Shown here in pieces: positions 1-9,820 of a stretch of DNA of 64,000 bases. Each line of letters opens with the position of its first letter. Within the stretch, counting starts at the first letter, position 1. Made by a program: the position numbers and the translations under genes. The notes under the pieces were generated by a model. It made no database searches. It was given only the letters and a program-made list of their open reading frames with translations, and was not told the origin of the DNA. Origin of the DNA: Candidatus Microgenomatus sp. (GTDB taxonomy: Bacteria > Patescibacteriota > Microgenomatia > UBA8517); contig DYGS01000001.1 in assembly GCA_020724585.1 (NCBI GenBank), positions 358,002-422,001 of the forward strand, in the 5' to 3' direction.

Positions 1-620
1 AAACTGTTAAAATAAAAAAGATAGAGTGTTTAAGCCAATTTGGTAATTGCCCGAATGAACTAAAAGGATATTTTGATAAAAACATCGGCAGGTCTTATTG
101 GGATATTAAAAAAGAAATATCTAAAGCTCTAAAGGAAAATGCTTTGGTTTCAGATTTTTTGATTCAGTTTAAACTTCCTAATTCAATAAAAATTGAGCTA
201 GTTTTAAAAGAACCTTGGGCAAGTGTTTTTTTAAATAATGTTTATTATTTTGTAACTGAAGATGGAGTAATTATTCATGCAGATACAAAATCAAATTTGG
301 TCAATTTAAATTTAAGTGAAAATGGCGAATTTAAATTTGGTCAAGAAATTAAGAGCAGTTATTTAAATGCTTTAAAATTGCTTAAGAAGCTGGAATTTAC
401 AAAGTCGGTCAAGACATGCAATATCAAAACGGACGAACTGATTTGTAATATTGACGGTATAGCAGTAAGATTCCCAGTGGAGGGAGATATTGATTATTTG
501 ACAGGAGCTGTCAGATTGATATTTTCACGCTTGAACGAAGGAAAAGAAGGATTTAGAATGGAAGATGTAGCTGAAATTGATTTGAGATTTAAAGATCCGA
601 TATTAAGACTTTTAAAATAA
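1..620 (+). CDS. ftsQ: Cell division protein FtsQ/DivIB, 5'-truncated at the window edge (POTRA plus beta domain)
   Basis: The reading frame is open from position 3 into the listed ORF 144..620. It sits directly upstream of ftsA-ftsZ, and the sequence is FtsQ beta-domain-like. Confidence 0.65.
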   Translation, partial: TVKIKKIECLSQFGNCPNELKGYFDKNIGRSYWDIKKEISKALKENALVSDFLIQFKLPNSIKIELVLKEPWASVFLNNVYYFVTEDGVIIHADTKSNLVNLNLSENGEFKFGQEIKSSYLNALKLLKKLEFTKSVKTCNIKTDELICNIDGIAVRFPVEGDIDYLTGAVRLIFSRLNEGKEGFRMEDVAEIDLRFKDPILRLLK

Positions 621-1888
621 TGGCTAAAAATAGAATAATTGCAGGAATTGAACTTGGAAGCAGTAAAACAGCGACTGTTGTTGCTCAGGTTGTAGTCGAT
701 GAAAATTCGCTTTCAGAGGAAATTAATATCATTGGGGTCTCTTCAGTCGAATCAAAAGGGGTTAAAAAGGGTCAGATTGTAAATATTGAGGAATCGGTTG
801 AGTCGACTGTTAATTCCATTGAGGCGGCAGAAAGAATGGCGGGGCATAATATCGATTCAGCTTTTGTTGCTCTCGGCGGTGCTCATATTACATCGCTTAA
901 TTCTCACGGAGTAGTTGCGATTTCCGGCCAAAACGGAGAGATAGCAAGACCTGATGTGGATAGGGTAATTGAAGCCGCTTCAGCAATATCGCTTCCCAAT
1001 AGTCGCGAGGTTGTCCATGTTTTACCTAGAGAATATATTGTTGATGGCGAATCGGGAGTCAAAGACCCAATTGGAATGAGCGGCGTCAGACTCGAGGTTG
1101 AAACTCATGTTGTAACAGGTTCAAGCGCGGCAATCAAAAATCTTTCAAAATCGTTAAACGAATCAGGAGTAAAAATCGAGGATATGGTATATTCCGGCTT
1201 GGCTTCGTCTTATGCTGTTTTAACTGATACTGAAAAGGAGCTGGGCTGTTGTTTAATTGATATCGGAGGCGGTACTACATCTGTAATCGTCTATATAGAT
1301 GGTGCAGTAAGCTATTCAGGAGTTATTCCGATCGGTGCTAAAAATGTAACCAATGATATTGCAATTGGTTTGAGAGTTTCTCTAGAATCGGCTGAAAAAA
1401 TTAAAATATCGCTTTCTAAAGAGAAAAAGCAAGATAAAGAGGCAAAAGATGAGCTGGATCTGGAATCTTTAGGAATTGCTGAAGTCAGTAAAGTCTCTAA
1501 AAAAACTTTGGTCGAAGGAATAATCAAGCCCAGGCTCAATGAAATTTTTACAATGGTTAGGCTTGAACTTGAGAGAGAGAAGATATTAAATAGGATCCCC
1601 TCGGGTATTGTTGTTACGGGCGGCGGCGCAAAAACTATAGGTGTTGCGGAATCTGCCAAGCGAATGCTGATGCTCCCCGTTAGAATTGGCATACCAGTGG
1701 GTATATCAGGTTTAGTTGATGATTGCTTGGACCCTGTTTTTTCAACCCCGATAGGGCTTTTACTATATGCTGTAAAACAAGGCGTGGAGAGTGAAGAGTA
1801 CGGGATTAAGTTTCCTGTCAAACTAAATCTGCCAGGCAAGGGCTTGATTAATAAATTGGTTGAATCGATTAAAGATTTACTGCCTTAA
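620..1888 (+). CDS. ftsA: Cell division protein FtsA (actin-like ATPase)
   Basis: The 422 aa product begins MAKNRIIAGIELGSSKT and has DIGGGTT and VVTGGGA motifs typical of FtsA/actin-fold ATPases. It lies between ftsQ and ftsZ. Confidence 0.9.
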   Translation: MAKNRIIAGIELGSSKTATVVAQVVVDENSLSEEINIIGVSSVESKGVKKGQIVNIEESVESTVNSIEAAERMAGHNIDSAFVALGGAHITSLNSHGVVAISGQNGEIARPDVDRVIEAASAISLPNSREVVHVLPREYIVDGESGVKDPIGMSGVRLEVETHVVTGSSAAIKNLSKSLNESGVKIEDMVYSGLASSYAVLTDTEKELGCCLIDIGGGTTSVIVYIDGAVSYSGVIPIGAKNVTNDIAIGLRVSLESAEKIKISLSKEKKQDKEAKDELDLESLGIAEVSKVSKKTLVEGIIKPRLNEIFTMVRLELEREKILNRIPSGIVVTGGGAKTIGVAESAKRMLMLPVRIGIPVGISGLVDDCLDPVFSTPIGLLLYAVKQGVESEEYGIKFPVKLNLPGKGLINKLVESIKDLLP

Positions 1889-1931
1889 GGTTTGCATTGG
1901 TGCTTGATTATTGACAATTTTCTTGTAAAGT

Positions 1932-1959
1932 TTGACTAGAGGCTTATTATGTATATAAT
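1932..1959 (+). promoter_or_regulatory. Sigma70-like promoter for ftsZ (TTGACT-16nt-TATAAT)
   Basis: TTGACT at 1932-1937 and TATAAT at 1954-1959 with a 16 nt spacer, about 45 nt upstream of the ftsZ ATG. Confidence 0.4.
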
Positions 1960-2001
1960 GCTTCTAGAATTCTGCCCCATTTTTTAAATTAAGGAATATT
2001 T

Positions 2002-3162
2002 ATGGCTTTAGTAAAACCTGATTCTGCAAGAATTGCAAAAATAAAAGTAATTGGTGTTGGCGGCGGCGGCGGGAATGCCGTTTCTTCAATGGTTGAAAAC
2101 GCGGCAATTTCAGGTGTTGAGTTTATAGCGGCCAATACAGACGCACAAGTTCTTCTTACAAATAAAGCTCCGACAAAAATCCAGATTGGGGAGAAAATTA
2201 CAAAGGGATTGGGAGTTGGCGGAAATCCTGAAATTGGCGCACAAGCGGCTGAGGAATCGATTGAAAAAATTAAAGATTTAATGATAGATACCGATATGGT
2301 TTTTGTGACCGCGGGAATGGGAGGAGGAACGGGAACAGGAGCGGCGCCGGTTATTGCCAAAATAGCCAGGGATTCGGGGGCTTTAACTGTTGGAATAGTC
2401 ACAAAGCCTTTTGCTTTTGAAGGTACAAGAAGAGCAGTCGCGGCCGAAGAAGGCATTGAAAAGTTAAGAGAGGCAGTTGACACTTTAATAGTTATTCCAA
2501 ATCAGAGACTGATGGATGTCATTGATAGAAAAATGAGCCTGGTAGATGCCTTCAAGGTAGTTGATTCTGTTTTGGAGCAGGGAGTTTCTGGTATTGCGGA
2601 AATCATAACAACTCCCGGGCTTGTCAATGTTGATTTTGCCGATGTCAAAACAATTATGAGCCAAGCAGGAACTGCACTTTTGGGAATTGGAACGGGTGTT
2701 GGTGAAAATAGGGCCCAAATGGCCGCCCGAGCGGCGGTTTCTTCTCCTCTTTTGGATTTATCTATTGAGGGGGCAAGAGGTGTTTTGTTTAACATTGCAG
2801 GCGGTAAAGACATGACCATGTTTGAGGTTGACGAGGCTGCCAAGACAATATCTCAGGCGGCGGATCAAGACGCAAATATTATATTTGGAGCAGTTATTAA
2901 AGATGATCTAATTGATCAGATTAGAATAACCGTAATTGCAACTGGATTTGACGAAACCCGCTCAAGAATTGCCCAAATGAGGACAAGCGGCACAAGACCT
3001 GTCATTCAGGGGGTAGTATCTGAGCAGATTAAGAATGAAGAATTAAAAAATAACAAAGGGAGCATAGCAGACGATACAAAAGACTATGAAATAACAGACG
3101 AAAAAGACGATATTTTCGGCGAAAAATTCGACATCCCCGCGTTCCTCCGCAAGGGTAGATAA
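2002..3162 (+). CDS. ftsZ: Cell division GTPase FtsZ
   Basis: Carries the tubulin signature GGGTGTG ([16 protein letters not shown]) and the N-terminal GGGGGNAV. Confidence 0.95.
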   Translation: MALVKPDSARIAKIKVIGVGGGGGNAVSSMVENAAISGVEFIAANTDAQVLLTNKAPTKIQIGEKITKGLGVGGNPEIGAQAAEESIEKIKDLMIDTDMVFVTAGMGGGTGTGAAPVIAKIARDSGALTVGIVTKPFAFEGTRRAVAAEEGIEKLREAVDTLIVIPNQRLMDVIDRKMSLVDAFKVVDSVLEQGVSGIAEIITTPGLVNVDFADVKTIMSQAGTALLGIGTGVGENRAQMAARAAVSSPLLDLSIEGARGVLFNIAGGKDMTMFEVDEAAKTISQAADQDANIIFGAVIKDDLIDQIRITVIATGFDETRSRIAQMRTSGTRPVIQGVVSEQIKNEELKNNKGSIADDTKDYEITDEKDDIFGEKFDIPAFLRKGR

Positions 3163-3169
3163 TTTTTAA

Positions 3170-3392
3170 TTTTTTTATGTTATAATTGATTAAAGCAATA
3201 AAGAGTAATCAACTCTTTGCTAAAGGAAGAAATCCTTTTTATAGCATGTGGAAAGGAAATTAGAACCTTTCGGGTAAGCCCGTAACAGCAGATTAAAGGA
3301 AGAAAATTAAGCGAAGCTTGTTTCTTCGAAATAAGGTGGTACCGCGTCTTCATATAAAAGTCGCCCTTTAAATAATATATAATTTATTTAAG
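3170..3392 (+). promoter_or_regulatory. T-box riboswitch-like leader upstream of ileS
   Basis: The T-box consensus AGGTGGTACCGCG is at 3334-3346 (UGGU would pair with NCCA of a tRNA with discriminator A). A short hairpin AAGAGT-AATCA-ACTCTT at 3201-3217 exposes ATC (an Ile codon) followed by A in its loop. The element lies immediately 5' of an IleRS gene. Confidence 0.6.
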
Positions 3393-3394
3393 CC

Positions 3395-6298
3395 ATGGCG
3401 AAAAAACAATATTTTGAAAGTATAAACTCAATGTCAGATTTTCCCGCAATGGAAAAAGAAATACTTGAGCATTGGTACAAAGATGGCATAGTTAAAAAAT
3501 ACCTAGACAAAAACAAAAATTCAGATAAGTATTTTTCTTTTCAGGATGGACCAATAACTGCTAATAACCCAATGGGTGTTCACCATGCATGGGGTAGAAC
3601 ATATAAAGATTTGTGGCCAAGATTTAAAAGCATGCAAGGTTATAAACAAAGGCACCAGAACGGATTCGACTGTCAAGGGTTGTGGGTTGAAGTTGAAGTG
3701 GAAAAAGAGCAAGGATTTAAAACAAAAAAAGATATTGAAAAGTTTGGAGTTGATAAATTCGTTGCGCTTTGTAAAGAGAGAGTTAAAAAATACTCAGGAA
3801 TTCAAACAGAACAAAGTAAACGATTAGGTTATTTTGCAGATTGGGATCACTCTTACTACACATTGTCAGATGACAACAATTACATGATTTGGCACTTTCT
3901 AAAAGTTGTTCATGAAAATGGTTGGCTCTATAAAGGTAATGGCTCAGTCCCATGGTGCCCCAGATGTGAAACCGCCATTAGTCAACATGAGATGCTAACT
4001 GAAGACTACAAAGAAGCAACACATGAATCAATTTATATGAATTTATCGGTTGTTGACTCAGACGAATATTTACTTGTTTGGACAACAACTCCTTGGACAA
4101 TACCTGCAAATATTGCTGTTGCAGTTGACAAAAAACTCGAATATTCATTAGTTGATGTTGATAACAAAAAGTGTTGGCTGGCAACTGAAGCTGTTGAAAG
4201 AGTTTTGAAGGGTAAAGTATATAAAAAGATTAAAAATGTTAAGGGAAGTGAACTTGTTGGAAAAAAATACAAAGGTGTATTTGATGATTTTCATGCTGTT
4301 AAAAAAGTTGCAGGAGATAAACTATTCCATACTGTAGTTGCAACGGATGATTTAATAATGCCAATCACAACAACAGAAGGAACTGGAATGGTCCATACAG
4401 CAGTGTCGGCTGGCACAGAAGACTTTAATTTGGGTAAAAAACTAGGACTTCCAATGATTCCAGTAATTAATGATGATGCCTCGTACATGGAGGGTTTTGA
4501 TTTTCTGACAGGCCGAAACGCTAAAGACAACCCAAGACTTATTCTTGATTACATAGAAGAAAATGGGTTTGCCTTTAAGATTGAAAAATACACCCATAGA
4601 TATCCTGCCTGTTGGAGATGTAAACAAGAACTTGTTTGGAAAGTTACTGATGAATGGTACATTGCAATGGACAAGAAAAGCATTAAAGAGCCAGAAAAAC
4701 CAACTTTGCGTGAAAGAATGATTGAGGTTGCTAAAAAAATTAATTGGATTCCAGAATTTGGGTTAAAAAGAGAACTGGACTGGTTAAACAATATGCATGA
4801 TTGGTTGATTAGTAAAAAGAATAGATATTGGGGACTAGCTCTTCCGATTTGGGAATGTAACTCTTGTGGAAACTTTGAAGTAATTGGTGGAAAAGAAGAG
4901 TTAAAAGAAAAAGCCCATTCAGGTTGGGATGTAATGGAAGGTAAATCGCCACACAAACCTCAGATTGATGAAGTTAAAATTAAATGTAGTAAATGTAGCG
5001 AAGTATGTTCAAGAATTGAACCAGTTGGTAATCCATGGTTGGATGCTGGAATAGTTCAGTTTTCAACAATATCAGAAAATAATTTAGCCAGTAATTTTGA
5101 AGTAACAGACACAAAACCACTTTATTTAACAAACAAAGAACAGTGGAGAAAATGGTTCCCAGTAGATTTCATCACTGAAAGTTTTCCAGGACAGTTTAAA
5201 AATTGGTTTTACTCAATGATTGCAATGAGCACAGTTTTGGAAAATGAGAATCCATTTAAAACTGTTTTAGGTTTTGCAACACAATTAGGTGAAGATGGTC
5301 GAGCAATGCACAAATCATGGGGTAACGCTATTGAATTTAACGAGGCAGCAGACAAAATAGGAGCCGATGTTATGAGATGGATGTTTGCAAGACAAGACCC
5401 ATCTCAAAATATGCTTTTTGGTTATAAATCAGCAGATGAAACAAGAAGACGATTTCATTTGAAGCTTTGGAATATCTATAATTTCTTTGTTACTTACGCC
5501 AATTTAGATTTTTGGAATCCAAAAAATGATGTACAAGAAAGTAAAGAAGTTCTTGATTTGTGGTTGAATGCTAGACTTAAAGAAGTAGTGGGTGGTGTTA
5601 CAAATAGTTTAAACCAATATGATGCCTACAATGCAAGTTCATTAATTGAAAAATTCGTAGATGATTTTTCAGTTTGGTATATCAGAAGATCAAGAGGTAG
5701 AAGAGATTCTAATTTTTACTCTACAACTTACAATGCACTTAAGACACTTTCTTTGATCTTGGCACCATTTAATCCATTTATCTCAGATTTGATTTACAAG
5801 AATCTTACCAAAGAGGAAAGTGTTCATTTAGCTTCATGGCCAGTTGTTGATAGTTTAAATAAGAATGAAGCTTTATTGATTGATGAAATGAAAAAATTAA
5901 GAGAGGTTGTTGAAATTGGACATAGTTTAAGGAAAGAAAATAATATTGCATTAAGACAGCCTCTTTCTAAATTAAAAATTAAAAATTCAAAATTAAAAAT
6001 TGAGGGTCTGGAAAGACTTATTTTGGATGAGTTAAACATAAAATCAATAATATGGGGCAGTAAAAAAACAGAATTAGACCTTAATATAACTCCAGAACTG
6101 GTAGAAGAGGCAAAAACACGGGAATTAATCAGAAAAATACAGGCTACAAGAAAAGAGCTTGGGGTCTCTCTTGATTCAAAAATTAGCTTGACAACAGATT
6201 GGATGCCTAAAAGTACCAAGCTTAGAAATCTGATACTTGCCAAGACTTTGACCAAAGAGGTTAAAAAGGGTGAATTTAGTGTATCATTAGTCAAATGA
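3395..6298 (+). CDS. ileS: Isoleucyl-tRNA synthetase (class I aaRS)
   Basis: The 967 aa product has a HIGH-region variant (NPMGVHHAWGRT), FDCQGLW (the IleRS WDCHGLP-like motif) and a KMSKS variant (MHKSWGN). Confidence 0.85.
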   Translation: MAKKQYFESINSMSDFPAMEKEILEHWYKDGIVKKYLDKNKNSDKYFSFQDGPITANNPMGVHHAWGRTYKDLWPRFKSMQGYKQRHQNGFDCQGLWVEVEVEKEQGFKTKKDIEKFGVDKFVALCKERVKKYSGIQTEQSKRLGYFADWDHSYYTLSDDNNYMIWHFLKVVHENGWLYKGNGSVPWCPRCETAISQHEMLTEDYKEATHESIYMNLSVVDSDEYLLVWTTTPWTIPANIAVAVDKKLEYSLVDVDNKKCWLATEAVERVLKGKVYKKIKNVKGSELVGKKYKGVFDDFHAVKKVAGDKLFHTVVATDDLIMPITTTEGTGMVHTAVSAGTEDFNLGKKLGLPMIPVINDDASYMEGFDFLTGRNAKDNPRLILDYIEENGFAFKIEKYTHRYPACWRCKQELVWKVTDEWYIAMDKKSIKEPEKPTLRERMIEVAKKINWIPEFGLKRELDWLNNMHDWLISKKNRYWGLALPIWECNSCGNFEVIGGKEELKEKAHSGWDVMEGKSPHKPQIDEVKIKCSKCSEVCSRIEPVGNPWLDAGIVQFSTISENNLASNFEVTDTKPLYLTNKEQWRKWFPVDFITESFPGQFKNWFYSMIAMSTVLENENPFKTVLGFATQLGEDGRAMHKSWGNAIEFNEAADKIGADVMRWMFARQDPSQNMLFGYKSADETRRRFHLKLWNIYNFFVTYANLDFWNPKNDVQESKEVLDLWLNARLKEVVGGVTNSLNQYDAYNASSLIEKFVDDFSVWYIRRSRGRRDSNFYSTTYNALKTLSLILAPFNPFISDLIYKNLTKEESVHLASWPVVDSLNKNEALLIDEMKKLREVVEIGHSLRKENNIALRQPLSKLKIKNSKLKIEGLERLILDELNIKSIIWGSKKTELDLNITPELVEEAKTRELIRKIQATRKELGVSLDSKISLTTDWMPKSTKLRNLILAKTLTKEVKKGEFSVSLVK

Positions 6299-7323
6299 GA
6301 TTTGACTTAAAACTGATAATTCCGTGCCTTCTACTTTTAATTTTTGGGATAATAATTCTAAACTCTATAAGCCCCACACTTTTCCCTGATTATTATTGGT
6401 TTTATGCAGTTGGAGTTATTGCTTTTATTTTTTTTGCGATTTTTGATTTTGATATAATTTCGGCTTTTTCTAAATATTTCTATATTTTTTCAATCCTTCT
6501 TTTGGTTTTGGTTTTAATTATAGGTCAGGTGACAAGGGGTACAGTCCGCTGGATTCCAGTTGGCTCTTTCTCTCTTCAGCCGTCCGAAATCGTTAGACCA
6601 TTTTTATTGATTTTTTTTGCAAATTACATAGCAGAAAAGAAGTTGGACATAAAAAGACTTATTAATATTCTGATTTTGATGATTATACCGCTTTTTCTGA
6701 TATTAATTCAGCCATCACTAGGGGTTAGCGCATTAACTGCAGTTGGTTTTTTAGGTTTATTTCTGGCAAGTGAAATAAATAAAAAATATTTTTTGTATTT
6801 AGGACTTATAGCTCTTGTTCTTGCTCCTCTTGTCTTTTTAATTTTGGCTCCATATCAAAGGATTAGGGTTTTAAGTTTTTTGGACCCATCCAAAGATCCT
6901 CAAGGAGCAGGCTATAACGCGATTCAGTCAACAATTTCAGTCGGTTCGGGAAAATTTTTAGGCAGGGGATTGGGCAGGGGAGTCGGGACGCAGCTTGCGT
7001 TTTTACCCGAAAGGCAAACTGATTTTATATTTGCATCGGTTGCGGAGGAGATGGGATTTGTAGGAGCATTTATTTTACTTGGTTTAACTTTCTTTCTTTT
7101 CTTGCAGATTATAAACTACGCTTCAAATTCCATGAGTATTCCCGCAAGATTATTTTTGGGAGGAGTTTTTTTGACTCTTTTCGCTCAAGTTGTGGTTCAT
7201 GTGGGGATGAATATGGGCTTATTTCCAATTACAGGCGTTCCCTATCCGCTTGTTTCAGCCGGCGGCTCCTCCCTTCTTGCAACCCTAATTACACTTGGAG
7301 TTGTAAATGGCACAAAAAAATAA
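6295..7323 (+). CDS. ftsW: SEDS-family peptidoglycan glycosyltransferase FtsW/RodA
   Basis: A polytopic membrane protein with GLGRGVGTQLAFLPERQTDFIFASVAEEMGF, matching the SEDS signature. Confidence 0.85.
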   Translation: MRFDLKLIIPCLLLLIFGIIILNSISPTLFPDYYWFYAVGVIAFIFFAIFDFDIISAFSKYFYIFSILLLVLVLIIGQVTRGTVRWIPVGSFSLQPSEIVRPFLLIFFANYIAEKKLDIKRLINILILMIIPLFLILIQPSLGVSALTAVGFLGLFLASEINKKYFLYLGLIALVLAPLVFLILAPYQRIRVLSFLDPSKDPQGAGYNAIQSTISVGSGKFLGRGLGRGVGTQLAFLPERQTDFIFASVAEEMGFVGAFILLGLTFFLFLQIINYASNSMSIPARLFLGGVFLTLFAQVVVHVGMNMGLFPITGVPYPLVSAGGSSLLATLITLGVVNGTKK

Positions 7324-7329
7324 TAGAAT

Positions 7330-7570
7330 AGGGCATGGAAGGATTGTTAAGTAAGATGGCCCAAGAACTTGGAATAGATTTGAGAGAAGTTAGAATAACC
7401 AGAAATGGATTGAGACCAGTTGAGACTAGGACTTTACCACTCGGTCATGGAAAAGGCAGAATGCTTCGCCCTGGGGGAGGCTTTAAGCACTCTAGGAACC
7501 CACATCCTCAAAAGATTGGAAACGGAAGTCATGAGAGAATATCGGAAGGTAATGGGAGTAGGTAATAATT
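7330..7570 (+). ncRNA. GC-rich probable structured leader or ncRNA upstream of rplU; the overlapping 76-aa ORF is likely spurious
   Basis: The segment is locally about 45-48% GC in an AT-rich genome. The ORF product is Gly/Arg/His-rich low complexity (GHGKGRMLRPGGGFKHSRNPHPQ). It sits directly 5' of rplU, where ribosomal-protein leaders occur. Confidence 0.3.
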
Positions 7571-7885
7571 ATGAAGATAATAAATACTAAATTTGTAGTT
7601 TTGAGGATTTTGGGGAAACAATATAAAGTTTCTGAAGGGCAGGAATTTTTAGTGGATAGACTTGATGGACAGCCTTCTGCTGAAGTTTTACTTTTTGCCC
7701 AAGAAGATAAGGTTCAGGTTGGGACGCCGACTCTTCCAAAAATAAAGGTTGATCTAAAAGTTGTTAATCAGGAAGAGAAAGGTGAAAAAGTTAAAATTTT
7801 CAAATACAAATCAAAAAGCAGATATAGAAGAAGGATGGGCTTTAGGCCAAAATATACAAAATTGCTTCTCGAGAAAATAAAGTAA
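7571..7885 (+). CDS. rplU: 50S ribosomal protein L21
   Basis: GKQYKVSEGQ motif in a 104 aa product that ends in a basic tail. Confidence 0.9.
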   Translation: MKIINTKFVVLRILGKQYKVSEGQEFLVDRLDGQPSAEVLLFAQEDKVQVGTPTLPKIKVDLKVVNQEEKGEKVKIFKYKSKSRYRRRMGFRPKYTKLLLEKIK

Positions 7886-7930
7886 AAAACTCTAAAACTC
7901 AAATATATCAAAATATAACTTTCTAGTCAC

Positions 7931-7959
7931 TTGACAAGCGTGAAAACTTATACTATATT
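7931..7959 (+). promoter_or_regulatory. Consensus sigma70 promoter (TTGACA-17nt-TATATT) for rpmA
   Basis: TTGACA at 7931-7936, a 17 nt spacer, and TATATT at 7954-7959. It is followed by the palindrome GTACTTAAGTAC at 7978-7989 in the 5'UTR. Confidence 0.55.
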
Positions 7960-8014
7960 GCGATATACCAGTACAGAGTACTTAAGTACATAGTACTTAG
8001 AAAAACAAACTAGT

Positions 8015-8269
8015 ATGTCAACACATAAAGCCGCAGGAAAAGCAAGACAGCATGTAAGCCCCGCCGGAAAAAGACTTGGGGTAAAAGTATCTGCAAAACA
8101 AAAAGTTTCTGCTGGTGAAGTTTTGATAAGGCAGAGAGGAACGAAAGTTGGTGCTGGTAAAAATGTAAAAGTAGGCAGAGACCACACGCTTTATTCTGTA
8201 GCTGATGGAATTGTGAAATTTACAACAAAATTGGGAAAAAAGTTTATTAATGTTTTTACTAGTTCCTAA
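8015..8269 (+). CDS. rpmA: 50S ribosomal protein L27
   Basis: N-terminus MSTHKAAGKARQ..GKRLGVK, typical of L27. Confidence 0.9.
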   Translation: MSTHKAAGKARQHVSPAGKRLGVKVSAKQKVSAGEVLIRQRGTKVGAGKNVKVGRDHTLYSVADGIVKFTTKLGKKFINVFTSS

Positions 8270-8296
8270 TTCCTAGTTTCTAATTACTAATTATAT

Positions 8297-9127
8297 ATGG
8301 CCGAACAAATTGTACAATTAGATATAAATCAGCTCCAGCCAAATCCTCTACAGCCTCGTGGTGCTATTACCCCTGAGAGTTTAGTCGATTTGGTTGATTC
8401 AATAAGAGAGCACGGCATTTTAGAACCTTTAGTGGTTGCCAAGACCCCTGCGGGTTACCAAATTATTGCAGGTGAAAGGCGCTGGAGAGCTAGTAAACTT
8501 GCAGGACTAACACATGTACCTGCAATTATTAGAGAAACTACTCCCAAGGGAATGCTTGAAATGGCCATTGTTGAAAATGTTCAGAGAGTTGATTTGAATG
8601 CGCTTGATAGAGCAAAAGGGTTTGAGAGGTTAATGGATGAGTTTGGTTTGACAACTTCAGAAGTCGCCGTGAGAATTGGCAAATCAGTTGCCTATGTTAG
8701 TAACTCCTTAAGGTTATTGTCACTTCCTGATGCCCTAAAAGATGGCCTGCTTTCAGGACTTATTACTGAAGGCCACGCAAGGGCTCTTTCTGCAATTGAA
8801 GATGTTGAGCTAATGGTTGAGGCCTACAAAATAATTTTGCGTGAATCAGGATCAGTTAGGAGGGCAGAAGAGCTTGCAAGAAGAATGAAAGCTGAAAATA
8901 ATTTGAAGCAAAAAGTAAATCTTCCAAAAATGCATGTCGTAAGCGAGGAAATCGATAAATTAAAAGAAGGGTTTGAAAAGGCTTTGGGTGAGAGACATCA
9001 AGTGAGACTTACGAGGTCGCGAAGAGAGACAAGACTTACATTTATACTAAAGGGAAGTCTTGATGAAACTGAAAATACACTCCAATTACTCTACAAGGCT
9101 GTTGCCGGCCAGGAAAATGTCAATTGA
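8297..9127 (+). CDS. parB: ParB/Spo0J-like partition protein (ParB N-terminal domain plus HTH)
   Basis: GERRWRAS motif and an HTH region LTTSEVAVRIGKSVAYVSNSLRLL. No parA is adjacent. Confidence 0.8.
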   Translation: MAEQIVQLDINQLQPNPLQPRGAITPESLVDLVDSIREHGILEPLVVAKTPAGYQIIAGERRWRASKLAGLTHVPAIIRETTPKGMLEMAIVENVQRVDLNALDRAKGFERLMDEFGLTTSEVAVRIGKSVAYVSNSLRLLSLPDALKDGLLSGLITEGHARALSAIEDVELMVEAYKIILRESGSVRRAEELARRMKAENNLKQKVNLPKMHVVSEEIDKLKEGFEKALGERHQVRLTRSRRETRLTFILKGSLDETENTLQLLYKAVAGQENVN

Positions 9128-9671
9128 ACTTGTAGACTGGATTTTTAATGAAGCCGCTTTTTGAAAAAGGCCAATAAACTAACCAAGCTTTGCCTGTGAT
9201 GTCCTTTTTGGTAATCGGTCCCCAGGCTCTGGAATCTGAAGAATGGGGCCGGTTGTCTCCGACTACAAAATATTGCCCATCAGGTACAACATATTCTTCA
9301 CTCTCTGAAAGAAACGATCCCCCATTTGTTTGAACTTTTATATAGTCTTCGTCTAATAACTTGTCGTTTATATAAATTTTACCTTGTTTTACAGAGACAG
9401 TTTCGCCAGGAAGCCCAATTACTCGTTTTATAAATTCATCTTCAGAGATAGGAGGCTTAAAAACAATGACATCTCCTCTTTGGGGGTTTCCTTTGTAGTA
9501 GCTTATTTTTTCTGTCAGTAAATATTCACCATCAGGGAAATTTGGGTGCATTGATTGGCCTTTAATTTTATGAGGCCTGAGGATAAGCAGGTAAACAATC
9601 AAAAATATCCCAATTGCAAGGACAATCACTTCTAAAATGTCCATAAAAAAAGCTCCCAGTTTTGCAAACAT
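9120..9671 (-). CDS. lepB: Signal peptidase I
   Basis: N-terminal transmembrane segment, GQSMHPNF (Ser box) and GDNRPHSSDSR (box E). Confidence 0.85.
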   Translation of the reverse strand: MFAKLGAFFMDILEVIVLAIGIFLIVYLLILRPHKIKGQSMHPNFPDGEYLLTEKISYYKGNPQRGDVIVFKPPISEDEFIKRVIGLPGETVSVKQGKIYINDKLLDEDYIKVQTNGGSFLSESEEYVVPDGQYFVVGDNRPHSSDSRAWGPITKKDITGKAWLVYWPFSKSGFIKNPVYKFN

Positions 9672-9748
9672 ACACTAATTATATTTACTAAATGAACCTT
9701 AAAACAAGGACTATTTTTCAAATATGTAGTAAAATTAGCTGAATTATC

Positions 9749-9820
9749 GATCGCTTAGCTCAGCGGTAGAGCACTTCATTCACATTGAAGGGGTCGTAGG
9801 TTCAAATCCTACAGCGATCA
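9749..9820 (+). tRNA. tRNA-Val (anticodon CAC)
   Basis: Folds as a cloverleaf by hand: acceptor GATCGCT/AGCGATC, D-arm GCTC-AGCGGTA-GAGC, anticodon stem CTTCA/TGAAG with loop TTCACAT, and T-arm GTAGG-TTCAAAT-CCTAC. Confidence 0.8.

Noticed and set aside
1312-1839. 175-aa minus-strand ORF inside ftsA
   Set aside because: Entirely antisense to a strongly supported ftsA, with a Ser/Pro-rich low-complexity translation. It is a shadow ORF.
1989-2843. Minus-strand ORFs (164, 113 and 77 aa) inside ftsZ
   Set aside because: Antisense to FtsZ. Their Pro/Ala/Gly-rich translation mirrors the Gly-rich sense strand. Spurious.
4033-4956. Several minus-strand ORFs inside ileS
   Set aside because: All are embedded antisense in a well-supported 967-aa aaRS gene. 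No independent signals.
7335-7565. 76-aa ORF between ftsW and rplU as a protein-coding gene
   Set aside because: The translation is Gly/Arg/His-rich low complexity with no protein-like pattern. The region is GC-rich and more consistent with a structured RNA or leader.
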